Of a DNA stretch of 64,000 nucleotides, positions 42,066 through 51,198 are shown one piece after another (positions within the stretch are counted from its first letter, which is position 1; each line of letters opens with the position of its first letter). The position numbers and the translations under genes are program-made. The notes under the pieces were generated by a model. The model was not told the origin of the DNA. It did not search any database and was given only the letters and a program-made list of their open reading frames with translations. The DNA comes from an uncultured bacterium (GTDB lineage: Bacteria; Chloroflexota; UBA5177; JANWHV01): positions 192,001-256,000 of the forward strand of contig CAWHAE010000016.1 of NCBI GenBank assembly GCA_963827235.1, given 5' to 3'.

Positions 42066-42414
42066 TGGGCAGATGGGCAGTGCCGTGGTTGCCCCACTGG
42101 GCGACCTCGGCCGCTACATCGTGGAGTTCGCCTTTGGCGACATCTACAGCCGGGAGGGGCTCGCGTTGCGCGAGCGGGAGTTGGTGACGGTTGCCATGCT
42201 CACCGTGCTCGACCGCGGGCCGGAGCTGCGCGTGCATCTGGGCGCTGCACTCAACGTCGGCGCCACCCCAGAGGAGCTTGAAGAAGTGATCATCCAAACT
42301 CTTCCCTATGCGGGCTTCCCGACCGCTATCCACGCCGTGAAGGCACTGCGCGACGTCGTGACGGAACGTCCGGTCGATCCAGGCGGCGCGGCTGTGGTGG
42401 CTAGCGCGAAATAG
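41977..42414 (+). CDS. Carboxymuconolactone decarboxylase family protein
   Basis: EFAFGDIYSREGL..RERELVT, HLGAALNVG, EEVI...PYAGFP; GGAGGAGG RBS. Confidence 0.9.
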   Translation: MTPSQERSPSQTAEASQRYRRGLAKLAEVDGQMGSAVVAPLGDLGRYIVEFAFGDIYSREGLALRERELVTVAMLTVLDRGPELRVHLGAALNVGATPEELEEVIIQTLPYAGFPTAIHAVKALRDVVTERPVDPGGAAVVASAK

Positions 42415-42631
42415 CCGAGTTTCTAGTCCCAGGCCGCAGTACCTGTCCTTGACCCTCTAGAGCACCCCAGCTGGCCAGTAGGCAACGCATCTGGGTGGCT
42501 TCCCGGCCTCCCGGCGGGCTGGGTGCGCGGGTCCTCGGGCTCATCCATCCATCCTGAACAGCTTGACGGCATGGTTACGTTGTTGCCAGAGTCAGAGTAA
42601 CTATGCCGTCGAACATGGGAGTGGGCCACTA

Positions 42632-43057
42632 ATGCCCCAAGTCGGGCTCGCGGCCGTCTACATCATCAGCGGGATCCCGCTCGGCGTCTGGATGCTGCGC
42701 GGATTCCTGGACGCCATTCCCCGGGAGCTGGACGAGTCGGTGCTCGTGGACGGCGGCGGCCTCTTTGCCGTGTTGCGCTACGTGATCTTCCCTCTGGCGC
42801 AGCCGGGGATCGTGACCGTGGCCGCGTTTACGTTCATCTCCGCGTGGTGAGAGTATCTGCTGGCCCTCTCGCTGATCATCTCGAATCAGAACTGGACGCT
42901 GCCACTCGCGCTGCAAGAGGCATTCAGTCGGAACACCGTGGATTTGGGCGCGCTCACTGCCGGAGGGGTGATCGCCTCCCTGCCGGTCGCGCTGCTCTTC
43001 ACGTTCGTGCAGCGCAGCCTGGTTGCCGGCTTGGCGGCCGGTAGTGTGAAAGGTTGA
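42632..43057 (+). pseudogene. Carbohydrate ABC permease C-terminal fragment with an in-frame TGA at 42848
   Basis: FLDAIPRELDESVLVDG, FISAW*EYLLAL, FVQRSLVAGLAAGSVKG. Confidence 0.85.
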
Positions 43058-43109
43058 GGCGACGGCCCGAGGCGGGCAGGAGTCCGTCAAACACACGTGG
43101 AGTGTGACG

Positions 43110-43250
43110 ATGTCCGCTATCAAACAGACGATTTCCTGGTGGTGCTACGACCGCAGCGGTCTGGCACGCGAGCAACTGGTCAAGCTGGCGGCCGCGATTG
43201 GCTACCGCGGCTTCGACCTGGTCGATCAGCGCTACTGGCCCCTGATCATG
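43110..43250 (+). pseudogene. Hydroxypyruvate isomerase (Hyi)-like N-terminal fragment
   Basis: IKQTISWWCY...AAAIGYRGFDLV...WPLI. Confidence 0.65.
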
Positions 43251-43573
43251 CGACTTGATGCAGGGTCATTCATTGCGTGCAGACGAGCTTCCGGGCGTTG
43301 CACGGCTCCTGTCCCAACCTGCGAGCGACCTCTGCCTTTATACCTAGGCCGAAGTATTGCATCGAACATTATTCCCGGTCCAAACAGCCTGAAGCCTCAC
43401 GGCATGCACGGACGACACCACGGAAGCTTCGGTTCGTATGAAGGCTGTCGACCGCCCCGCGACCCGACCACATTCTCGACGCTCTCCCTGCCGCGGACTG
43501 GCATCCCAATCGGGCGACGTGTGACGATGAGCGGCGCGGTGACCTAGGCGAGGCGTGGTGGAGAAAAGGCCCG

Positions 43574-46054
43574 TTATCCCCCGAGCGCCAGCGCGATGGC
43601 CTCCGCCAGAAGCAGGGCCCGCCCCTCGGCCCGGGCGGAGGCGAACGCTTCTTCGCCCAATGCCTCGCGCATGGCTTGCACCGCGCCCTCATGGTCGGCC
43701 CGCTGCAAGGGTACAACGGGTACGCTTCGCTCCTCGCACAGCGCCTCGACGAAGCCGCCAATCAGCGTGGCCCGCCGTGGCTCCCCTCGCGCCAGAACCA
43801 CCCAGGACAGGGCCTCCAGCGCTGCCGTCATCGGGAGCCAATCGCCAATCTCACGACTGAGCGAAATACTCTCCGTCAGCAGAGCCGTCGCCTTCCCAAG
43901 GTCGCCCTGGTGATACGCCAGCATGCCCAGGCAGCCCAGCCCGCCGGCGACGCCTTCTGTGAAGCCCAGCTCGCGACATAGCGCCAGACCCTCCTCGAAC
44001 AGGGCCGCGGCCCGCCCATACTCGCCCTGCAGATACCGCACAGCCCCCAGGCCCGCGAGACAGTAGGCGATGCCCCACTTGTCCCCCAGCTCGCGGTAGA
44101 GCGCCAGGCTCTGCTCGAACAACGCCGCGCTCCGCTCGGGCTCGCCCGGCCACTCCGCAATATTCGCCAGGCTAGACAGCCCGTTGGCGATGCCGAGCTT
44201 ATCCCCCAGCCCGCGACAGAGCGCCAGGCTCTCCTCGAACAAGGCCTCCGCGCGCCCGTAGTCGCCTCGGCCCATCGCGATAACCCCTGCGCGGCGCAGC
44301 GCCGAGGCGATGCCGCGTCTATCCCCCAGTTCGCGGTAGAGCGCCAGGCTCTCTGCCGACTGCGCCGCCGCCCGCCCGAGGTCATCCCGGCAGTACGCCA
44401 GGTGGGCGGCCGCGTCCAGTGCTTTGGCGCGCGTCGCCGCCGAGCCCCCCAAGCCCCCAGCCAGCGCCCCCTCCAGAAAGCCCTGTCCTTCGCCGTAGTA
44501 GCCACGAATGAACCAGAACACCGTGAGCGCCCCTGCCAGCCGCAGCCCTGCCTCAGCCGCCCCGCACTGCCTCGCCCAGCTCAGCGCGGCCCGCAGATTG
44601 TCGTGCTCGGCCTCCAGCCGGTCCAGCCACTCTGTCTGCCGCGGCCCCCTCAGCTCGGGTTCGGCTTCCTCGGCCAGGGCCAGGCACCAGGCCAGGTGCC
44701 GGTCCCGCAGCGTCCCCTGCTCCCCGCTCGCCCCCAGCTTCTCCCGCGCATACTCCTGCATCGTCTCCAGCAGCACCAGTCGCGGCTCCCTGCCCGGCCC
44801 GTCCTCCCGCCTTAGCAGGCTCTTGTCCAGCAGCGACTGTACGCCATCCAGCACCTCGATGCCCAGCTCGCCGGCCGGGTCACAGACCGTCTCTACCGCC
44901 TCCAGACTGCGACCTCCGGCGAACACCGCCAGCCGCGCGAACAGCGTCCGCTCCACCGGCTCCAGCAGGCCGTAGCTCCAGTCGATCGCCGCTCGCAGCG
45001 TCCGTTGCCGGTCCGGCAGGTCCCGTGCTCCCCCCGTGGCCACCCGCAACCGCTCCCCCAGCCGCGCCAGCAGCGCCTCCGGGGAGAGCAGGCGGGAGCG
45101 CGCCGCCGCCAGCTCGATGGCCAGCGGCAGCCCGTCCAGCCGGGCGCAGATCTCAGCCACCGCCGGCGCCGTCTCATCGGTCAGGGTGAAGTCGGGCTGC
45201 ACGTCCCCGGCCCGGGCAATGAACAGCCGCACCGCCTCGTACCGGGAGAGGGCGGCCGGCGGGGGCAGCGGCGGTCGGGGCACGCTGAGCGGGACCACCT
45301 CATGCACGCGCTCACCCCGGATGTGCAAGGCCGCCCGGCTGGTGGCCAGTACCGACAGTCCGGGCACGGCGGCTAGCAGCTCCTGCACGGCCTCTGCCGC
45401 GGCACCGACCTGCTCGAAGTTATCCAGCACCAGCAGCAGCCGTTTGTAGCCCAGCGCGGTGGCGAGCGTGTCGCCGAGCGTCTGGCCGGCCACCTCGCGT
45501 ACCCCGAGGGCCTGGGCGGTGGTCGGCAGCACCAATGCCGGGTCCACCAGCGCGGCCAGCCCGACGAAGGTGACCCCGTCGGGGAACCGCTGTCCTGCCG
45601 CCTCGGCCACTTGCAGGGCCAGGCGCGTCTTGCCGACGCCCCCGGGACCGAGCAGGGTGAGCAGGCGCGTGGCGGGGTCCAGCAGGCGCGCACTCACGGC
45701 CGCGATCTCCGCTTCGCGGCCGATGAAGGCCGTCGGCTGGACGGGTAGGCGACGTCCCGGACTGGAGCCGTCCGGCGGCACTCGCTCAGCCGGGGTGGTG
45801 CGCAGGGATTGGGACCGGGTGCGCCTGATCGCCTGGTCGAGCGCCGCCCGCTCGGGCGTGCGCAGGGCCAGCGCCCTGGCCAGCAGGTCGAGCGTGTCGC
45901 GGCGCGGTACCCGGCCGTCGTCACGCTCCAGGTCGCTGACCGCGCGCTCGGAGAGATCAGCGCGCTCCGCCACCTGCGCCTGGGTCAGCCCGGCGGCCCG
46001 CCGATAGCGGCGCAGCAGCGCGGCAAACGATTCCTCGGCAGCACGATCGAGCAC
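43574..46054 (-). CDS. XRE-HTH + STAND (NB-ARC-like) ATPase + TPR regulator
   Basis: LRRYRRAAGLTQ HTH, FIGRE, Walker A GPGGVGKT, LLVLDNFE, LDGLPLAIELAAAR, 40-aa TPR repeats; GGAGG RBS. Confidence 0.95.
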   Translation of the reverse strand: MLDRAAEESFAALLRRYRRAAGLTQAQVAERADLSERAVSDLERDDGRVPRRDTLDLLARALALRTPERAALDQAIRRTRSQSLRTTPAERVPPDGSSPGRRLPVQPTAFIGREAEIAAVSARLLDPATRLLTLLGPGGVGKTRLALQVAEAAGQRFPDGVTFVGLAALVDPALVLPTTAQALGVREVAGQTLGDTLATALGYKRLLLVLDNFEQVGAAAEAVQELLAAVPGLSVLATSRAALHIRGERVHEVVPLSVPRPPLPPPAALSRYEAVRLFIARAGDVQPDFTLTDETAPAVAEICARLDGLPLAIELAAARSRLLSPEALLARLGERLRVATGGARDLPDRQRTLRAAIDWSYGLLEPVERTLFARLAVFAGGRSLEAVETVCDPAGELGIEVLDGVQSLLDKSLLRREDGPGREPRLVLLETMQEYAREKLGASGEQGTLRDRHLAWCLALAEEAEPELRGPRQTEWLDRLEAEHDNLRAALSWARQCGAAEAGLRLAGALTVFWFIRGYYGEGQGFLEGALAGGLGGSAATRAKALDAAAHLAYCRDDLGRAAAQSAESLALYRELGDRRGIASALRRAGVIAMGRGDYGRAEALFEESLALCRGLGDKLGIANGLSSLANIAEWPGEPERSAALFEQSLALYRELGDKWGIAYCLAGLGAVRYLQGEYGRAAALFEEGLALCRELGFTEGVAGGLGCLGMLAYHQGDLGKATALLTESISLSREIGDWLPMTAALEALSWVVLARGEPRRATLIGGFVEALCEERSVPVVPLQRADHEGAVQAMREALGEEAFASARAEGRALLLAEAIALALGG

Positions 46055-46330
46055 GATGCACCCTCCGGTTCACACGGATACCGGCGGCCGGCCCGGCCGC
46101 CGCGGTGCCGCTACCAGCGTAGCATGCGCCCTGCTCCGCCGCTAGCACTGTTGGAGAACCCACGCGACGACGCGACGCAGCAGTTGGCAGCGCTAATCGG
46201 CCAAGGACTCCTCGACGGCAGACTCCGGCATGCTGTGCGCTTCCGGTTCAGGCTCGCACCCATCAGGCACGGACGTGCCGCCGTGCCGCAGGCACGTCTA
46301 CCAGGCACCGTGCCCGGCCGGCAGCGAATC

Positions 46331-46384
46331 CACCGTTTCCGGCGAGCGGCTGAAAAGGTGGGTGAAACGGTGGTCAACACGGTG
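46331..46384 (+). promoter_or_regulatory. Phased direct repeats, candidate binding sites of the STAND regulator
   Basis: AAAAGGTG (46353), AAACGGTG (46365) and ACACGGTG (46377) at 12-bp spacing, plus an inverted CACCGTTT (46331). Confidence 0.55.
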
Positions 46385-46505
46385 AGTTCGTGGTGTGCAG
46401 CCGCGGCCGATGGGCGCAGTATGTGGTCATGCCACGGAGCCAGGACGGCACGAGACCGCAGGGATCGGGCAAACCAGGCCACAAGGGCCACCAAGGGAGA
46501 GCACG

Positions 46506-46796
46506 ATGAACAACCAACTGTTCCAGGCGCAGTCCCTCAGCAACATGCAGCTCGACATGGTGCACTGCCACCAGGCGGAGCTACGGTGTGAGATCGCAGC
46601 GATACGAAGTGCTCGCGCCGTCGCAGCCAACCGAATCCGCAATCCACGCCGCTCGCTTGCGCGTGTGGTTGCTGCAGCGAGCAGCTGGTGGACCCGGCCA
46701 CGATGGTATGGTCATGCGCCGGGTTGCTTGTGCCCGGCGGCACGCAGGAAGGACGTGGATCGTCAGGCGCTGACTCGCGCCAGCCTGCCGTGGTGA
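46506..46796 (+). CDS. Small hypothetical protein
   Basis: AAGGGAGAG RBS; MNNQLF...HQAELRCE helical motif; divergent from the STAND gene. Confidence 0.55.
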   Translation: MNNQLFQAQSLSNMQLDMVHCHQAELRCEIAAIRSARAVAANRIRNPRRSLARVVAAASSWWTRPRWYGHAPGCLCPAARRKDVDRQALTRASLPW

Positions 46797-46957
46797 TGGA
46801 GTTCGCCGCCATGACCGTGGCACCGGTGCAGGCCACGCAGCCCGTCGCCGCAGACTTGACGCCAAGAAACCCTATAGGCGGACGACTCTGCCCGCCTGAT
46901 CAGACGGGCAGCAACAACTCCTTATTGGTGTTCGGATCGAATCCTCAGGAGAAGGCA

Positions 46958-47647
46958 ATGAAGATTTCTGGCAAGCTCGTAGCATTGCTGGCCGCCGTGC
47001 TGGTCGTCCTCATCGTGGGACCCGCGCCTGCCGCCCAGGCGAGCAGCGCACAGATTCACGTGTTCCCGCCGCGGTCGCACCCGTACGGCCACTCGTACAT
47101 CGAATGGATCATCCGCGGCGATCGGTGGGGGTATGACATACCTACACCGGAGAGCCCCGCGTTGGACCACACCGGTGCGCACTGCGCCGCAGGCCAGTCC
47201 GGCCCGGTCTGGTACTTCCCATCGAACGTGGGCGGCACCGATACCCGGAACTGTACGGTGCCTGCCGGCAAGGCGCTCTTCCTTGGGGTGGCTGGGCATG
47301 AATGTATGAGCGTGAATGGGGACGGCGACACCTTCGCGGCACTGCGCAGCTGCGCCAAGGGCGGTATGGATAGTCTGACAGAAGCTGACGTGACAGTGGA
47401 TGGGGTGCACCTCACGAACCTGCTCACGCGCTACCGGTTCGAGACTCCTCTCTTCACGTTTGCGTATCCCGCTGACAACATATTCGGCGTGCCTGGGTCT
47501 GGGACCACCAAGGTGGTGGGTGATGGCATCGTGGTCATACTCGCTCCGCTGGCAGCGGGACGGCACACGCTCGACCTGCGCTTTTCGTGGGGCCCTCCTT
47601 TCTCGGTGGCTGGCGAAGTCACGTACCATCTGACCGTTCGCCGCTGA
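46958..47647 (+). CDS. Secreted protein of unknown function
   Basis: AGGAGA RBS, signal peptide ending AQA, PYGHSY.EW, D.TG..C..GQSGPVWY, CTVPAGKALF, L.PLAAG.HTL. Confidence 0.85.
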   Translation: MKISGKLVALLAAVLVVLIVGPAPAAQASSAQIHVFPPRSHPYGHSYIEWIIRGDRWGYDIPTPESPALDHTGAHCAAGQSGPVWYFPSNVGGTDTRNCTVPAGKALFLGVAGHECMSVNGDGDTFAALRSCAKGGMDSLTEADVTVDGVHLTNLLTRYRFETPLFTFAYPADNIFGVPGSGTTKVVGDGIVVILAPLAAGRHTLDLRFSWGPPFSVAGEVTYHLTVRR

Positions 47648-47676
47648 GCGGCGTGTTCCCGCCGCCACTCACCGAC

Positions 47677-47724
47677 CGCCCCAGGGCCTCGCCGCACCGC
47701 CTGCCGGTGCCAGGCCCTGGGGCG
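47677..47724 (+). terminator. Hairpin after the secreted-protein gene
   Basis: CGCCCCAGGGCCT ... AGGCCCTGGGGCG 13-bp inverted repeat. Confidence 0.55.
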
Positions 47725-47774
47725 ACTCAGCCGGGAGGCTGCAAGCGATCAAAGCGACGGCGGCTTCCTCGTTA

Positions 47775-48088
47775 CACGAGGGTCAAGGCATGGTAGCGAG
47801 ACAACGGCTCTCCAGAGCAGGTAGACAGACTCGCCGACCGTTCATCACGCGACGCCGATGTCGCAACCTCCTCTCCGGGCCGCTGGGGAATGAAACGTCG
47901 AACCATCCGACAAGGAGTGACGGGAGAGTAGTTGCCACGGCATCCGGAGGCGGTTGATGCTGCACGGGTCATGTGCACGGCGGCAACGTCATTGTATGAA
48001 TGGAACGACCTGGACTGGTGGGCAATCGAACGACAGGTCTTCAAGCTCCAAACCCGCATCTATCAAGCTGCGCGCCGAGGCGATGTCA
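47775..48088 (+). mobile_element. Group II intron remnant (ribozyme fragment plus RT N-terminus)
   Basis: YEWNDLDWWAIERQVFKLQTRIYQAARRGDV is a typical RVT_N segment; upstream non-coding DNA resembles intron sequence preceding the ORF; no RT core follows. Confidence 0.8.
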
Positions 48089-48486
48089 ACTACGGTGACA
48101 CGCGGGCCTGCCTCGACCGAGCCACGGGTGGACAGCGGAGAGGAGCGCTGTAGAGACGCAGCCGCCGGTGTGCCCCTTGCCCAAGATCCTCCGTACGCTG
48201 TGCGGCGACTGGCGGGTCCAGGACATCGCCGCGGGCGTAGTGGCCGGCGTCTGATCGACACCCTCCTAACCCGCACGCTGCTGGTCTCCTCGCTCGTGGT
48301 CATAATCCGCCAACGGCACGGATGGCTCTCGGTGTTGACGCCCTGGCACCGTGCTGCCTGGGCGCGTGTCCGTCGTGCCGTGCATCCACGACGGTCACCT
48401 GCATCCGCCTGCGCCGGGATTGCCTGCCTGGATGCACCCTCCTCCTTGCCTGCCAACGACAACGCTGGAGGCAGGAGTGCACCTCC

Positions 48487-49434
48487 TCATGCGTTGTCGT
48501 CCCTGCTCACCGACGCCCAGCGGTTGGTGACAGGCGTGGCGACATGCCGGCGCCGCAGCTCGTGGAACGCTTGCCAGCCGGTGATCACATCCTGAGGTCG
48601 CTGACGGCTCCGCACCAGGAAGTCCGCTTCCGGCGGATAGCAGGCCACCGGCGCATCCTCGGGCAGCTCGGCCAAGGGCAGGCCGCTGGGCGGACGATAG
48701 TTCGTCGGCAGGTCGGCGCTCTGGTAGCGCAGGTCGGCACTCCAGCGAATCACATCCGTCGTATTCTCCGTCGAACAGTGCGGCGTGCGGTTCGTCAACA
48801 ACAGCACACCACCGAACGGCACAGGCACGGTGATGACCTCCGCGGCAGGCAAGTGGCCGGCCCCCACCTCCAGGTAATGGCCGTCGGCGGTCCGCGCGTG
48901 GGTGAACACCGGGCCGCGGTGCACGCGCGGCAGCACCTGCAGGCAGCCTCGCTCGGCCGTGGCATCCACCAGCGGCACCCACACGGTCAGAATGAGCGAC
49001 GTGTCACAGTAGGGCTCGAAGTAGCCGGAATCCTGGTGCCAGGGCACGACGCCGTGGACGAAGCCGGGCACCTTGGGCCGCAGCCGGTACACCGAGGAGG
49101 CGACGATCTCCGGCCCCACCAGCGCTTCGGCAAGGTCGAGCAGCTTGGGATGGCTCAGCAGCCGGAAGATGCCGCGCCCAGCCAACTTGCCGCTGGAAAT
49201 GGACCAATAGAGGCGCTCGGTCTCAGCGGTGACGCGGGTCAGCCTCGTCTCGAAGCCTTCCTCGGCATACGTGCGGCTGAGTACGCCGTCCTCGACCAGT
49301 TTCCTCGCCCTGCGGTCCACGGCCTGGCAGATCTCGTCGATGACCGGCTGCAAGTCGTCCCGCGTCAAGACATCCTGCACGACTAGGTAGCCTTCGCGAT
49401 GGAACTCCGCGATCTGGGGGGCAGACAGGAGCAT
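48487..49434 (-). CDS. Phytanoyl-CoA dioxygenase (PhyH) family 2OG-Fe(II) oxygenase
   Basis: FHREGYLV, PWHQD, WVPLVDAT.ERGCLQV, distal H (TPHCS), RWS.DLRY; strong RBS. Confidence 0.92.
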   Translation of the reverse strand: MLLSAPQIAEFHREGYLVVQDVLTRDDLQPVIDEICQAVDRRARKLVEDGVLSRTYAEEGFETRLTRVTAETERLYWSISSGKLAGRGIFRLLSHPKLLDLAEALVGPEIVASSVYRLRPKVPGFVHGVVPWHQDSGYFEPYCDTSLILTVWVPLVDATAERGCLQVLPRVHRGPVFTHARTADGHYLEVGAGHLPAAEVITVPVPFGGVLLLTNRTPHCSTENTTDVIRWSADLRYQSADLPTNYRPPSGLPLAELPEDAPVACYPPEADFLVRSRQRPQDVITGWQAFHELRRRHVATPVTNRWASVSRDDNA

Positions 49435-50104
49435 CGGTCCTTCCTCCTCATCGAATACTCCGGCGTTCGTTCTGTGGTGCTGTTGAAGCAAGCCCTCTGC
49501 GTGCAGTGTGCCTGACATGGTCCCAGCGCGGCCGGCCCCGTATGTGCCGCCAGAAAGGCCCAAACCATGGTCGTAGCCCTGACAACACCCGGACGATAAG
49601 CGCCGCTTCCCCGCCTGCCAGGAGCTTTCGACTCCCTCACCGTTGTCGATCGAGACGGCAGCGCCGAATAACGCCCGTCCGTGTGGTACTACCTGTGATC
49701 ACTGACAGCGTTGCTGTCGCTGCTCGTTAGCCGAAGCCAGCAAATGCGTCATACAGTCTACCGGCGTAGATCTTCTCGTTGACTATCAAACGCGAGGCCG
49801 CCGTCCGGCGTTTGCGTGATCACTGGTGATCGCGTCGTCTTCATACCTGCGCCCGTAGCGAAACTGGCGAAGTACGCGCAACACGACTGCCGCTTGGTTG
49901 GAGGCCACGGGCCGAGCGCAGTTCGCGCCCTGCATAGACATGAGTTCGGTTGACGGCAGTAGCCGTCTCGACACGCGTTCCCACTACCGTGCTCTTCGTC
50001 ACGGCGGGTTTCACGCTGGCACGATGGCGGGCGTGGGCGAACCTACGGGTATCGCCCACGGCGACTCGGAAGTCCAGCGCTGCCGAGAATGCGAGGTGTC
50101 AGAG

Positions 50105-50465
50105 CGGCCTGACGATAACGATCCGTCCGGAGACCGTGGCCGACCACGCGGCGATCGCTGATCTCCACGCCCGAGCCTTCGGGTGCCGGACCTCGGAGGC
50201 CCTCATTGTCGCCATGCACCGCCAACGTCGCGCTTTCGATGCCGACCTGTCGCTCGTGGCCGTGCGCGATGCGCAGGTCATTGGACATGTCCTCTTCTCG
50301 CCGCATCAGATGCGCCTGTGCGACCGGGACATCTCAGGGGTCAACCTCGCGCCGATTGCCATTGACCCAGCGTGCCTGCGCCAAGGCATTGGTGGACAGC
50401 TTATCGCAGAGGGCCATCGCGTAGCGGCCGCGAAAAGGTACCAACTCAGCTTCGTGCTCGGTCGC
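50105..50465 (+). pseudogene. GNAT acetyltransferase (YhbS-like) fragment
   Basis: TIRPET.ADHAAI, LSLVA...GHVLFS, LAPIAIDP...QGIGGQLI, ends at VLG. Confidence 0.8.
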
Positions 50466-50610
50466 TCCCGCCACGTTGGCCAGGAAGCGGCGCACCGCCT
50501 CGAACATGAGCCGGCGCTCTCGCTCGGCCGGCAGTGTCCAGCCCGGCAGCGGCTCGATCTCCGTCCCGGCAAGCTCCGGTAGCAGGCGGACCAGCCAGTC
50601 ACAGCCTTGC
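50465..50610 (-). pseudogene. Internal fragment of an AAA/STAND regulator
   Basis: WLVRLLPELA...ERERRLMFEAVRRFLANVAG. Confidence 0.6.
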
Positions 50611-50644
50611 AGGTCCAGCCGCCGCTCGGCGCTCGCTTGTCCGT

Positions 50645-50720
50645 CCAGTGTCCAGCAGGGCCAGCACAGCCGCGTAGGGTGCCAGGCGCTTGATGATCTC
50701 CTCGCTGAGGCGGTCAATCG
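50645..50720 (-). mobile_element. Very short IS110-like transposase fragment
   Basis: IDRLSEEIIKRLAPYAAVLALLDT. Confidence 0.4.
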
Positions 50721-51019
50721 GGAATGCGCGGGTCTAGATCCTATCACGACCGCAGGCGCATCCCATGCGAAGAGCGCAACCTCTAGTACCCTCCACAGTA
50801 CTTCACGCCACATATCCACATCAAGAGCCGGACCTAGACCTTCCAGATCCGGCTGCAGCGCTATGCGGCGCTGCATGCGCCGATCAGGCGATCACCTGCG
50901 GCGATCGCTCGTGCGGGGCCATCTACCCGAATCCACCACTGTGGATGGCGATGATGGGGACGAGACCACCGGCTGCGAGCAGTACGCCTGCGACAATGGT
51001 CCTAGTGCCCTCGCGCCCG

Positions 51020-51130
51020 CACCACCACCGCCTGGATGCGCCGATCGCCTCGGCCACCGCGGGCGCCGTCCAGCCGCCGAAGCTGTGGCCCACCAGGCCG
51101 ATGCGCGTACGGTCGAGGGCCAGGTCGCGT
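51020..51130 (-). pseudogene. Alpha/beta hydrolase fragment
   Basis: LDRTRIGLVGHSFGGWTA nucleophile-elbow motif with no intact ORF around it. Confidence 0.65.
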
Positions 51131-51198
51131 GATGCTGCCCGGAACAGCCAATCGAGGAGGCACCCGCACGTCCGGCTCGCGACTCGCGATGCTCGCTG

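Noticed and set aside
22051-42850. In-frame TAG/TGA codons (22051, 25228, 42848) as possible pyrrolysine, selenocysteine or recoding
   Set aside because: They fall in truncated or decayed sequence at non-catalytic positions, intact genes use TAG and TGA as normal stops, and no pyl or sel genes are visible.
43980-44400. 120-bp periodic DNA repeats
   Set aside because: These encode 40-aa TPR units of the STAND protein and are not a CRISPR or non-coding array.
43574-46054. Avs-type antiviral STAND
   Set aside because: The N-terminal domain is an XRE HTH rather than a nuclease or other killing effector, which fits a transcriptional regulator.
47932-48153. Retron, DGR or defence-type reverse transcriptase
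   Set aside because: Only a group II intron RVT_N fragment is present, with no catalytic core or partner genes.
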